64,000 nt of DNA from positions 448,001 through 512,000 of the forward strand of contig CAVQEQ010000001.1 in NCBI GenBank assembly GCA_963711565.1, read 5' to 3'. Origin of the DNA: an uncultured delta proteobacterium. Its GTDB lineage: Bacteria; Desulfobacterota; Binatia; Binatales; Binataceae. The translations under genes and the position numbers were made by a program. How positions within the stretch are numbered: the stretch's first letter is position 1; every line of letters starts with the position of its first letter. Shown here one piece after another: positions 1 through 9,279 of the stretch. Under the pieces are notes generated by a model. It was not told where the DNA came from. It was given only the letters and a program-made list of their open reading frames with translations, and ran no database searches.

Positions 1-7
1 AGCGGGT

Positions 8-805
8 GTGCGACCGGCGAAATCGCGCGGCCAGAATTTTCTGACGAGCGGCGGCGTCGCCGATCGAATCGTTGCGGCTGCGGACCTCAGTGACTCGGAT
101 TCAGTAATCGAGATCGGGCCCGGCCTCGGTATCCTGACCGAGAAGATCGCGGCACATCGACTACGCTCGCTGACGCTGGTGGAACTCGACGCACGCCTCG
201 CGACGCGGCTCCAGCAGCGCTTCGCAGACGCTCGCGTCATCAACGCTGATTTCCTCGCGACCAATTTCGCAACTCTCGTCAACGATTCGCGCGTCAAAGT
301 AATCGGCAATCTGCCGTTCAACGTCGCGGCGGCGATACTTCGCAAGCTGTGCGACAATTCGCGCATGATTTCGAGAATGGTCCTGATGTTTCAGCGCGAG
401 GTCGCCACACGAATCCGCGCGACGCCCGGCGACGATGCATACGGCGCGCTCAGCGTGTTCACTGCGCTCTACTGGAAAATCGATACGCATTTCACCGTCG
501 CGGCCGGCAGCTTCCATCCGCGGCCCAAGGTTGATGCCGAAGTCCTGGCGTTCACGCCGCTGGCGACGCCCTTGTTCGCGCCTGACGACGAGCACGACGT
601 GCTCGAAACTGTGCGCGCGTCGTTCTCCGCGCCACGCAAGACAATTCGCAATGCTCTAAGTCACGCGTTGGGAATCGACAGCGCGCGAGTCGTGCGTGCG
701 CTTGAACGCGCGGTGATCGATCCCGGCACGCGTGCTGAAACGCTCGCTGTCGCCGACTTTTTGAGACTCGCACAGGCGCTGCAAACCGAATTGAACAATG
801 CCTGA
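8..805 (+). CDS. rsmA: 16S rRNA (adenine-N6,N6)-dimethyltransferase RsmA/KsgA
   Basis: GQNFL, EIGPGLG, NLPFN, MFQREV and PKVDA motifs; GTG start near the window edge. Confidence 0.95.
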   Translation: MRPAKSRGQNFLTSGGVADRIVAAADLSDSDSVIEIGPGLGILTEKIAAHRLRSLTLVELDARLATRLQQRFADARVINADFLATNFATLVNDSRVKVIGNLPFNVAAAILRKLCDNSRMISRMVLMFQREVATRIRATPGDDAYGALSVFTALYWKIDTHFTVAAGSFHPRPKVDAEVLAFTPLATPLFAPDDEHDVLETVRASFSAPRKTIRNALSHALGIDSARVVRALERAVIDPGTRAETLAVADFLRLAQALQTELNNA

Positions 806-1631
806 ACTGCCGGAAGTCGAATCGCTGCGTCGGATACTGGTTCGCACCGCGGTCGGCAGAACGATCGTAAGCGTACGAATCGGCGAGCGACGGCTGCGGC
901 GCCGCGTCACCGCGGATTTCGGTGGAGCGGTCGCGGGACGGCGAATCACGAAGCTGTCGCGGCGCGCGAAATATCTGATCGTCGAGCTCGACGGCGACTA
1001 CGTGATGCTGGTGCATCTTGGGATGTCCGGCAGCCTGACCCATCGGCACGACGGCTTCGACGCCGAAGACTTCGATCCGCGCCACGACCATCTCGAATTT
1101 TCGCTCGACGACGCGTCGCAGTTGGTTTACAACGATCCGCGGCGCTTCGGCATGGTCCGGCTGGTCGAGCGCGCGGCGTTGGCTTCCACAGCGGAGCTGA
1201 AGGGCCTCGGCCCCGAGCCGCTGTCGCGCGAATTCAATGCAAACTACCTGGCGGAGAAGGCGCGGGGACGGAAGGCCGCGATTAAGAACCTGATCATGGA
1301 TCAGCGGATCGTCGCGGGCATCGGCAATATCTACGCGTCCGAGATTCTTTTTCGCGCGGGTGTGCGTCCGACGCGGCGGGCCGGCCGCGTCACGCGAAGC
1401 GAGATCGACAAAATAGCGGCAGCGGTGCCGGTGATCCTGCGCGCGGCGATCGGCAGCAACGGCACTACGTTTCGCAGCTACCGCGATTCGCGCGGACAGC
1501 CTGGACGCTTCGCCGCACGCCTGCGTGTATACGGTCGCGACGGAAAACCGTGCTACACATGCTCGACGGAAATTAAAAATGTGGTGGTGGGCCAGCGCGC
1601 GAGTTTCTATTGTCCTAAATGTCAGCGGTGA
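798..1631 (+). CDS. mutM: Formamidopyrimidine-DNA glycosylase
   Basis: N-terminal MPELPEVE, HLGMSG, GIGNIYASE and C-terminal CxxC...CPKCQ zinc finger. Confidence 0.97.
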   Translation: MPELPEVESLRRILVRTAVGRTIVSVRIGERRLRRRVTADFGGAVAGRRITKLSRRAKYLIVELDGDYVMLVHLGMSGSLTHRHDGFDAEDFDPRHDHLEFSLDDASQLVYNDPRRFGMVRLVERAALASTAELKGLGPEPLSREFNANYLAEKARGRKAAIKNLIMDQRIVAGIGNIYASEILFRAGVRPTRRAGRVTRSEIDKIAAAVPVILRAAIGSNGTTFRSYRDSRGQPGRFAARLRVYGRDGKPCYTCSTEIKNVVVGQRASFYCPKCQR

Positions 1632-1667
1632 AATGATGCGAGGAAAGTGCGCGAGGCAAGCATCGCT

Positions 1668-1698
1668 CCGGGATTCTTTGCTTCGCTCTGAATGACAC
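1668..1698 (-). repeat. REP-like element, TGTCAT...GCGAAGC family (family B)
   Basis: Minus strand reads TGTCATTCAGAGCGAAGCAAAGAATCCCGG, related to elements at 41680, 41771 and 60673. Confidence 0.55.
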
Positions 1699-3134
1699 AA
1701 AAAATGACGCGTCTAGTTTTACCCATCCTGAGAGCAGTTGCGATCGCGACGATCTCGTCGCTGATACTGGCGAGTTCGTCGTTCGCGCAGAGTGCGCCGC
1801 AGATCGATTGGAACAAGATTGATTCCGAAGCGCTCGACTATTACCGCGCTTATCTCCGCTTCGACACCACCAATCCGCCGAGCAACACCGCCCCCGCGAT
1901 TGTGTATCTCAAGGCGATTCTCGACAAGGAGGGAATCGCCACCGAAACTTTCGAGAGCAAGCCCGGGATGGTAACCCTCGTAGCGCGAATCCCCGGGCCC
2001 GTGGGCATGAAGCCGCTGCTGTTGATGTCGCACGCCGACGTTGTGCCGACGGTCGCCGCCAACTGGACGCATCATCCGTTCGACGCCGATATCAAGGACG
2101 GTTACGTGTGGGCGCGCGGCTCGATCGACAACAAGGCGCACGGAATTATGGCGCTGATGACGGTGCTCGCGCTCAAGCGCAATCACGTCGAGCTCAGGCG
2201 CGGCGTCGAGATGATGGTGAATCCGGACGAGGAAGCGGGCGGCGACAACGGCGCGACGTGGATGGTGAACAATCATTGGGACGCGATCGATCCAGCGTTC
2301 GCATTCAACGAGGGCGGTGAAGGCGCGCCCGACTGGCTGGGAATCAAGGGCACGACGTTTCTTGTTGCGGTGTCGGAGAAGCGTGTGAACTGGCTTCACG
2401 TCACCGTCCGCGGCAAGGGCGGGCACGGCTCGGTGCCGAAGCCCGACAATCCGAATCTGATCCTGATTAACGCGCTCCATCGATTGCTCGAAAAGCAACC
2501 GCCGATTCGAATCACGAAAATATTTGCCGACGCGATGGACTCGATTGCGCCGCTCGAGCCCAGTCCTGCGTCGTTCCAGCTTGCGCACCTGGATCAGCCG
2601 GGCGTCGCGCAGGCTGCGATTGCGGGCGTGCTCAGCCCTTACCAAATCCAGGCGCTCATGCGCGACACGATTTCGCTGACGATGCTCAACGCGGGGTTCA
2701 AGGTGAACGTCGTGCCGACCGTGGCCGAGGCGGGCTTGGACTGCCGCTTGTTGCCGGGCACCGATGCGGACGCGTTTATGAAACGCCTGCGCGATCTGCT
2801 TGGCCCCGGCGACTTCAAGATTGAATATATCCAGCGGCCCGATGACGCTCCGCCGTCGCCGACTTCCGGCGAGGCCTGGGATGCGATCAAACGCGTCGTC
2901 GCGAGCGATTTCAAAGATGCCCGCGTGGTGCCGTGGATGACCACCGGCGGCACCGACTCGCGCGTGTTGCGCGCCAAGGGCGTTCCGGCATACGGCTTCG
3001 TCCCGGTGATTCTTGGCGAGGGCGAAGTTGCGCGCATCCACGGCGACGACGAGCGTCTGTCGGTCAACAATCTGAATCGCGGCATCAAGGCCACTTACGA
3101 TCTGACGATCGATCTTTGCGCCGCGCGGCATTGA
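1692..3134 (+). CDS. Secreted M20/M25/M40 family metallopeptidase
   Basis: Signal peptide; SHADVV, RGSIDNK, DEE, GGTDSR and HGDDER motifs. Confidence 0.92.
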   Translation: MTQKMTRLVLPILRAVAIATISSLILASSSFAQSAPQIDWNKIDSEALDYYRAYLRFDTTNPPSNTAPAIVYLKAILDKEGIATETFESKPGMVTLVARIPGPVGMKPLLLMSHADVVPTVAANWTHHPFDADIKDGYVWARGSIDNKAHGIMALMTVLALKRNHVELRRGVEMMVNPDEEAGGDNGATWMVNNHWDAIDPAFAFNEGGEGAPDWLGIKGTTFLVAVSEKRVNWLHVTVRGKGGHGSVPKPDNPNLILINALHRLLEKQPPIRITKIFADAMDSIAPLEPSPASFQLAHLDQPGVAQAAIAGVLSPYQIQALMRDTISLTMLNAGFKVNVVPTVAEAGLDCRLLPGTDADAFMKRLRDLLGPGDFKIEYIQRPDDAPPSPTSGEAWDAIKRVVASDFKDARVVPWMTTGGTDSRVLRAKGVPAYGFVPVILGEGEVARIHGDDERLSVNNLNRGIKATYDLTIDLCAARH

Positions 3135-3158
3135 CGCCGGGTATGTTATGGTGACGCG

Positions 3159-3998
3159 ATGACCTTCGACATTCCGACCGAAATCGGCGCCGCGATCGCC
3201 TTCCTCCTCGGCGCGAGCGTCGGCAGTTTCGCCTGCATGGTTGCCTACCGCCTCCCGCGCGACCTTTCGATCGTTACGCCGCGTTCGTATTGCGAGAGTT
3301 GCGAGCGCGCGCTGCCGTGGTGGGCGAATATCCCGATCCTCGCCTACCTTGGACTGCGCGGACGCTGCGTGATGTGCGGCGCGCCGATTCCGTTCCGTCA
3401 TTTCCTCGCCGAATTAGGCCTCGCGATCACGGCGCTCTATCTGTACTTCGCCTTCCCGCTCCCCGACGCGATTGCGCGCTTCGTGCTGTGCGCCGCGCTA
3501 TGGATCGTCGCGATCATCGACTACGACTGGCGGCTGATTCCGAACATCATCACGTGGCCCGGCACGATCGTGGGATTCATCGCCGCGTCGACGATGATGC
3601 CCGATATCGGCTGGAAGAGTTCTATTCTCGGAATAATCCTTGGCGGCGGCGTCCTCTGGGGCACCGGCTTTTTCTACCAGCTCGTGCGCGGACGCGAGGG
3701 CGTCGGCCTGGGCGACGTATGGCTGCTCGCGATGGTCGGTGGATTTCTCGGCTGGGCGGGAGTTTTCTTCACGATGTTCTTCGGTTCGGTGATCGGCGCT
3801 GCGGGCGGAATCGCATTTGCGCTCACCGGCGGCGGTGCGACGGCGCCTGCTCCACTCGGCGAGCCCGCGACCGATCCGGAGGAAGCTGACGTCTCGATTC
3901 TGAAAACCGAAGTTCCGTTCGGTCCTTACCTGGCGCTGGCTGCGGGTGTGTTCGCGCTCTTTCAGCCGCAACTGGCGCACTGGTATTTTGGCCGATAA
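3159..3998 (+). CDS. pilD: Prepilin peptidase (A24 family)
   Basis: RSYCESC...GRCVMC zinc motif, IDYD, GLGDV and PFGPYL. Confidence 0.93.
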   Translation: MTFDIPTEIGAAIAFLLGASVGSFACMVAYRLPRDLSIVTPRSYCESCERALPWWANIPILAYLGLRGRCVMCGAPIPFRHFLAELGLAITALYLYFAFPLPDAIARFVLCAALWIVAIIDYDWRLIPNIITWPGTIVGFIAASTMMPDIGWKSSILGIILGGGVLWGTGFFYQLVRGREGVGLGDVWLLAMVGGFLGWAGVFFTMFFGSVIGAAGGIAFALTGGGATAPAPLGEPATDPEEADVSILKTEVPFGPYLALAAGVFALFQPQLAHWYFGR

Positions 3999-4000
3999 CA

Positions 4001-4642
4001 ATGCCGGCGGGAGTATTCATCACGCTCGAAGGCGTCGAGGGAAGCGGCAAGACGACGCAGGCCGCGATTCTCGGCGACGCGCTCCGCAAGAACGGCCGCC
4101 GCGTAACGGTCACGCATGAGCCGGGCGGCACGCGCGCCGGTGAAACGATACGCGCGATTTTTCTCGACCCCGCCGTCTCGCTCAACGTCGCCGCGGAGCT
4201 TCTGCTCGTGCTTGCCGATCGCGCGCAGCACGTGCGCGAGAAGCTCCGGCCCGCGCTCGCATCGGGCGAGATCGTGATTTCCGATCGCTACTCGGATTCG
4301 ACCACCGCCTACCAGGGCTATGCCCGCGGCGTCGATCTCAAAGTGCTCGGCGAGTTGAACCGCCTTGCCACCGACAACGTGACGCCCGATCTAACAATCG
4401 TGCTCGACCTGCCGGTCGAGACCGGTCTCGAGCGCACGCGCGCGCGTGCGAAGGGCACGGGCCGCGGCTCCGACCGCTTCGAGGGCGAGCGCGCGGAGTT
4501 CCATCGCAAGGTGCGCGACGGGTTTCTCGCGATCGCGAAGGCGGAGCCATCGCGGGTCGTCGTGATCGACGCCGACCGCCCGGTGGCGGCCGTCACTGCT
4601 GACATCCGCCGCGCCGTGGACGAATTGCTCGCCCGCCGATGA
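4001..4642 (+). CDS. tmk: Thymidylate kinase
   Basis: EGVEGSGKTTQ P-loop, EPGGT, DRYSDSTTAYQG; adjacent to holB. Confidence 0.97.
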   Translation: MPAGVFITLEGVEGSGKTTQAAILGDALRKNGRRVTVTHEPGGTRAGETIRAIFLDPAVSLNVAAELLLVLADRAQHVREKLRPALASGEIVISDRYSDSTTAYQGYARGVDLKVLGELNRLATDNVTPDLTIVLDLPVETGLERTRARAKGTGRGSDRFEGERAEFHRKVRDGFLAIAKAEPSRVVVIDADRPVAAVTADIRRAVDELLARR

Positions 4643-4652
4643 CGAAGTCGCA

Positions 4653-5732
4653 ATGCCGATAACCTCGATACTTGGGCATCGCGAAATCGCAACGCGGCTG
4701 CTTGCTGAGTTACGCAACCGTCCCTCGCACGCATACCTGTTCGCGGGGCCGCGTGGCGTCGGCAAGACGATCGTCGCGACCAGCCTCGTGCACGCGCTGA
4801 TGTGCGAGCGCGCGCCCGGCGAGAATTTTTGTTGCGCCACCGCTCATTGCCCGGTACGCCTCGCGCCGCAAACTGAGCGCACTCGCGCGCGCGCCGGTGA
4901 CGCCGAGGCGCCGCGATGCGATTGCTGCTCGGCATGCGTGCAAATCGCGACGGGTGTGCATCCGGATTTCACTTATGTATCGAAGCCGGTTGGCCGCAGC
5001 GAAGTTCTTATCGACCAGGTCCGCGAACTGATTGCGCGCCTCGGAATCCGGCCGTCGCGATCGTCGATTCGCATGGCGATTATCGACGACGCCGAGGCGC
5101 TCGGCATCCCCGCGCAGAACGCGCTGCTGAAGACGCTCGAGGAGCCGCCCGGCCACGCGATTATTATCATGGTGACGTCGAGCGAGCGCGCGCTGCTCGA
5201 CACCGTCCGCTCGCGGATGCGTATCGTGAGATTTCCCGCGCTGCACGCCGCCGAGCTCGAACAGATACTTGCCGCATATGGCGTCGCCGACAAAGCGCGT
5301 GCGCGTGCGCTCGCGATGCTGGCGCGCGGCAGCGCGGCGAATGCGATCGCGCTGGCCGGCGGCGAAGAGCCGCCGATGAAGGAGCTGCTCGACGCGCTCA
5401 GCGACGCGAAGTCGATCGATTTCGCGCGCGCCTCGTCGATTGCGCAGGAGTTCTTTGCCAATCGCGACGCCGCCGCCGGTAATTTCGAGCTGCTCGCAAG
5501 ACTGCTCGAGGAAGTACTATGCTACAAACTGCTTAAGACCGACTTCGTGGCGTTTCCGCCCGAGGCGCGGTCGAAGCTGGTGAGCTTGGCTGATAGTATC
5601 GCGGTCGATGCGGTCGTGAAGTGTATCGACGCCGCTGTGCGAGCCAACGCAGCGGTCGGGGAGAACGCCAATCCGCGGATGCAGGCGGAGAATTGGTGGA
5701 CGATAGCCGGGCACGCGATGCGGGGTGAATAG
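4653..5732 (+). CDS. holB: DNA polymerase III delta' subunit
   Basis: HAYLFAGPRGVGK, HPDF, QNALLKTLEEPP, TVRSR; tmk-holB-ricT synteny. Confidence 0.93.
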   Translation: MPITSILGHREIATRLLAELRNRPSHAYLFAGPRGVGKTIVATSLVHALMCERAPGENFCCATAHCPVRLAPQTERTRARAGDAEAPRCDCCSACVQIATGVHPDFTYVSKPVGRSEVLIDQVRELIARLGIRPSRSSIRMAIIDDAEALGIPAQNALLKTLEEPPGHAIIIMVTSSERALLDTVRSRMRIVRFPALHAAELEQILAAYGVADKARARALAMLARGSAANAIALAGGEEPPMKELLDALSDAKSIDFARASSIAQEFFANRDAAAGNFELLARLLEEVLCYKLLKTDFVAFPPEARSKLVSLADSIAVDAVVKCIDAAVRANAAVGENANPRMQAENWWTIAGHAMRGE

Positions 5733-5738
5733 AAAATA

Positions 5739-6584
5739 GTGGCAGATATCGATCCGTTTGAAGGCGCGCCGTCGCTGCCGAAAATTGTCGCGGTCAGTCT
5801 CCAGCAGACCGGCCATCTGTACAATTTCCTGGCGGGCGACCGGCTCCTGCGCCGCGGCGAGCGCGTGCTGGTCGAGAGCGAGGCCGGCGCGCGCGTCGGC
5901 ACCGTCGAGATCGAGCCGCATGAGCCGGCGCAGACGATCGATCTTTCGCAGTTGCGTCCTATCATCCGGATTGCGAGCGACAACGACTTCCACCTCGAGC
6001 AGGAAAATATCTCGCGCGAGGCGCATGCGCGCCGCCTGTGCGTCGAGCGCATCCGCGAGCGGCGAATCCAGATGAAGCTGGTGAGCGCCGACTACACTTT
6101 CGACGGGCGCAAGGTCACTTTCTATTTCGTCGCCGAGGGGCGCGTCGATTTCCGCGACATTGTGCGCGATCTCGCCAACACGCTGCGCGTGCGCGTCGAG
6201 ATGAAACAGATTGGCGCGCGCGACGAAACCAAGGTCACGGGCGGCCTGGGTCCATGCGGACGCGAGCTTTGTTGCTCGAGCTGGTTGCGTGACTTCGAGG
6301 CGGTGACCGTCAAGATGGCGCGCGAGCAAGGCCTCGCGCTCAATCCTTCGCGGCTGGCCGGGATGTGCGGACGGCTCAAGTGCTGCCTGCGCTACGAGTA
6401 CGCCACATATGTCGAACTCAAGCGCGCGCTGCCCAATCTCGGCAAGCGCGTGCAATGCGTCAAGGGCGACGGCAAAGTCGTCCGCCAGAACATCTTGAAG
6501 CAGACCGTGTTGATCCAGCGCGAAGAGGACGGCGGCGTCGTCGAGGTCACACTCGAAGACTTGGTCGCCTCGCGCCCCCAATAG
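5739..6584 (+). CDS. ricT: PSP1-domain Fe-S protein RicT (YaaT)
   Basis: RVDFR, GPCGRELCC and GMCGRLKCCLRYE motifs. Confidence 0.92.
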   Translation: MADIDPFEGAPSLPKIVAVSLQQTGHLYNFLAGDRLLRRGERVLVESEAGARVGTVEIEPHEPAQTIDLSQLRPIIRIASDNDFHLEQENISREAHARRLCVERIRERRIQMKLVSADYTFDGRKVTFYFVAEGRVDFRDIVRDLANTLRVRVEMKQIGARDETKVTGGLGPCGRELCCSSWLRDFEAVTVKMAREQGLALNPSRLAGMCGRLKCCLRYEYATYVELKRALPNLGKRVQCVKGDGKVVRQNILKQTVLIQREEDGGVVEVTLEDLVASRPQ

Positions 6585-6726
6585 GCAGCCGTCTGAGGCT
6601 TTCGTAAGCCACTCTTCTCGTCGCGCCGCAGCGACAACGCCAGCCGTTTTTTCCCGCATTTGTTCAAGCAACGATCGCCATTTTGAAAAAAAATGGGCGG
6701 ACTCCATTGCTTCGTTTGATAATTAC

Positions 6727-6745
6727 GTGTAGAAAAATCCTACAC
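6727..6745. promoter_or_regulatory. Candidate operator palindrome upstream of the thaumatin-like gene
   Basis: GTGTAG-AAAAATC-CTACAC perfect 6-bp inverted repeat in an AT-rich intergenic region. Confidence 0.35.
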
Positions 6746-6793
6746 TTAGTTAGCTTTTCACCAGACTGCTTTTGAAAGAGGATAGAAATTCAC

Positions 6794-9195
6794 ATGCGCA
6801 GAGCAAGGCGGCCGGTTGGAATATCTCTCGGATTTTCGCTCTTGTTCCTGTGGTCTGCACTCTCGACGGCTTATGCGCGGCCTCCGCAGCCCGCCCCCGC
6901 ATCTACCTGCGCCGCGACCAGTGTCACGCTGGCAAACCAGAATTCCTATCCGATATGGATCGGCGAGAACGTTTCGGCCGGGGCTATACTGACGCCGCCC
7001 GGCAACAACTGGCAGTTGGGGGCGGGTGATTCGGTCAATCTGTGTGTGCCGGCAGACTGGACGTCAGGCAGCTTCTGGGCGCGCACCGAATGCAACTTCA
7101 GCGGCACCTTCGGTCAGGATTCCAACTACGCGGACTGCACCTCGGCGAGTCAATGCGGTCAAACACCAAATGCCCATATCTGCTATGGCGGAAAGTGCGT
7201 GATCGATTGCAGCACCAGCACCGGCACCAACGGCAATTGCAGTAGTCTTGCAAATTCCGTTTGTGTCGCCGCCGCTGGTTCCGCTTCCGGGAATTTCACC
7301 GCCGGTTCATTCTGTGGTTTTGCCGGCGGTGTGTGCAGAACCGGAGATTGCGGCAGCGGACTGTTCCAGTGTCAAGGCACATGGGATTCGCTTACGGCGG
7401 ACTTCGGTCCCGAGACTCCGGCGTCGCAGTTCGAGATCACCGATACTTCGGCAGCCGACGGCGGTCTTGGCGCCGCCACTTACGACGTAACAAATTTAGC
7501 GGGATACAATAACCCGATCGACGTGGCCCTGGACTTCACGCCGTCGGGGACCAACCCCGCATGCTACGCGACCAGCTGTAATACCGACCTCGACACCATT
7601 TGCCCGAGCCTGCTGCAGGTAATCGAACCCCCGACGGGCACGTCGGGAACTTGCGGCACCAACAACGCCACCTGTCAGACCGGATTCTGCGAATCCTGTC
7701 CGAGCGGGGCCGACCCAACGTCATGCAACGGGGGTTCGACCTGCGTCATTGGATGCAACGGTCCCGGCAAGCTTTGTGGCAGCAGCTATCCATCACCGGT
7801 GAGCGCACCGGGTGTGACCGACCTGGAATGCGATACGACTATCCCCGGCTTCACAGCCGCCGGCCAACTGGCGCAGTACCGCGACATGTACGACGCCGCG
7901 AACGATAGCGGGATCGCGGTTTCGAGCCATATCGGCGTGACAATGTTCTCAGGGAACCAGGGCACCCCGACCTGCTGGGGTGACATCGATTGCGCTCCCG
8001 GCGAAACCTGCCTGATCGGTCCCACCGCAACCGGAATCAGCGGCCTGCCGTCCGGCGTTGGGATCTGCGCCGTCCCAAATCCGGGGGAACTCCGACCGCG
8101 TTGCAGGTAACAGACTGTAACTCGACGTCGGATAATGGGAACCTTTGCGGTGGTTACGCATCCGTATCAAGTCCGGTTTATAGCTGTGTCCTGGCTAGCG
8201 GCGTGAGCAGTGGAGTTGCATGCCTGCCAGCCTACGATCCCCCGATAAGTGGCATCGGCACCTACGATACCACCACCGGTTTCTTCACCGGGATTGGCGC
8301 GCCGATTAACCCCGAATGGGAGGCGGCTGCGCTCTGGGCTGCGGGAAACGGGACCACCGCCGGAACCACGCCCTATTACGAAACCTTCTCGAACGCCTGT
8401 CCCCATCAGTACGCCTGGACCTACGACGACCATACCGGCGGCCTCGCGTGCAATGGCTATCCGCTGACGTTTACCGTCAGCTTCGGCGAATTGAGCGGTA
8501 GTCCGAGTCCGACCGCAACGACGACGCCAACGGCAACCCCAACCTCCACCGCCTCGGCTACGCCCACAGCTACCGTTGCCGGCGCGACGGCCTCGGCGAC
8601 ACCGACCGCAACCGCGACATCTACCGCAACCTCAACGGCGACTCTCAGCCCGACGCCCACTGCGACTGCTACTGCGAGCGCAACCGGCACAGCCACGCCC
8701 ACCGCTACCGCATCGGCGACGCCGACCGGCACAGTCACAGCTACGCCGACCTCGACCGCAACACCAACCGCAACCGCGACGATGACGCCAACGCCGAGCG
8801 GGACGGCAACGCCCGACTGCGTACCCAACATTTACCTGAGTACTAATCCCTCCGGCACTCTCGCTTTCGGTGACGTCAAGGTTAAACGGTCCGCAAAAGC
8901 GTCTCTGATAATCACAAATGGCGAACCGGCAGGGTCGCTTAAGTTGAGCACCAATATCCAGGGCGGACAAGCAACGGATTTTTCTGTAACTGGGGGTAGC
9001 TGCGCCATCGGTAAGTTAAAGGCCGGTAAATCCTGCACGTACAAGTTAACGTTCAAGGGTAAGAAACAAGTCCTTGGTGGGGTGAGCTCGAACCTGCTGG
9101 TCAGCGGAAGTTTTGCTCAAGGGGTGTGCCCAGCGGGCAACGTCCAAAGCAAGACGGTAACGCTGTCTGGCTTCGTCGTTGCGCCCAGCAAGTAA
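6794..9195 (+). CDS. Secreted Cys-rich thaumatin-like protein with Pro/Thr linker and C-terminal Ig-like (choice-of-anchor D-like) domain; split by a 1-nt frameshift at ~8085
   Basis: Thaumatin motifs FWARTEC, CRTGDCG, YDVTNLAGYN and CNTDLDTICP in ORF 6794-8110; FSNACPHQYAWTYDD in ORF 7990-9195; adding one G to the G5 run at 8083-8087 joins them as VPNPGGTPTALQ. Confidence 0.8.
8500..8815 (+). repeat. Coding low-complexity Pro/Thr/Ala linker
   Basis: SPSPTATTTPTATPTSTASATPTAT... about 100 aa. Confidence 0.85.
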
Positions 9196-9279
9196 CACTG
9201 TGGAATCCTGTACCAGGCGATAAGACCTATCGAGCTGGTAGAGGAAGTCCCCGCAGCCGGCGTATAGCGAGCACCTTAG

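Noticed and set aside
1719-3401. Long antisense ORFs (also 23694-25310, 48711-49880, 62132-63184)
   Set aside because: Shadow frames of high-GC genes that have clear motifs on the opposite strand
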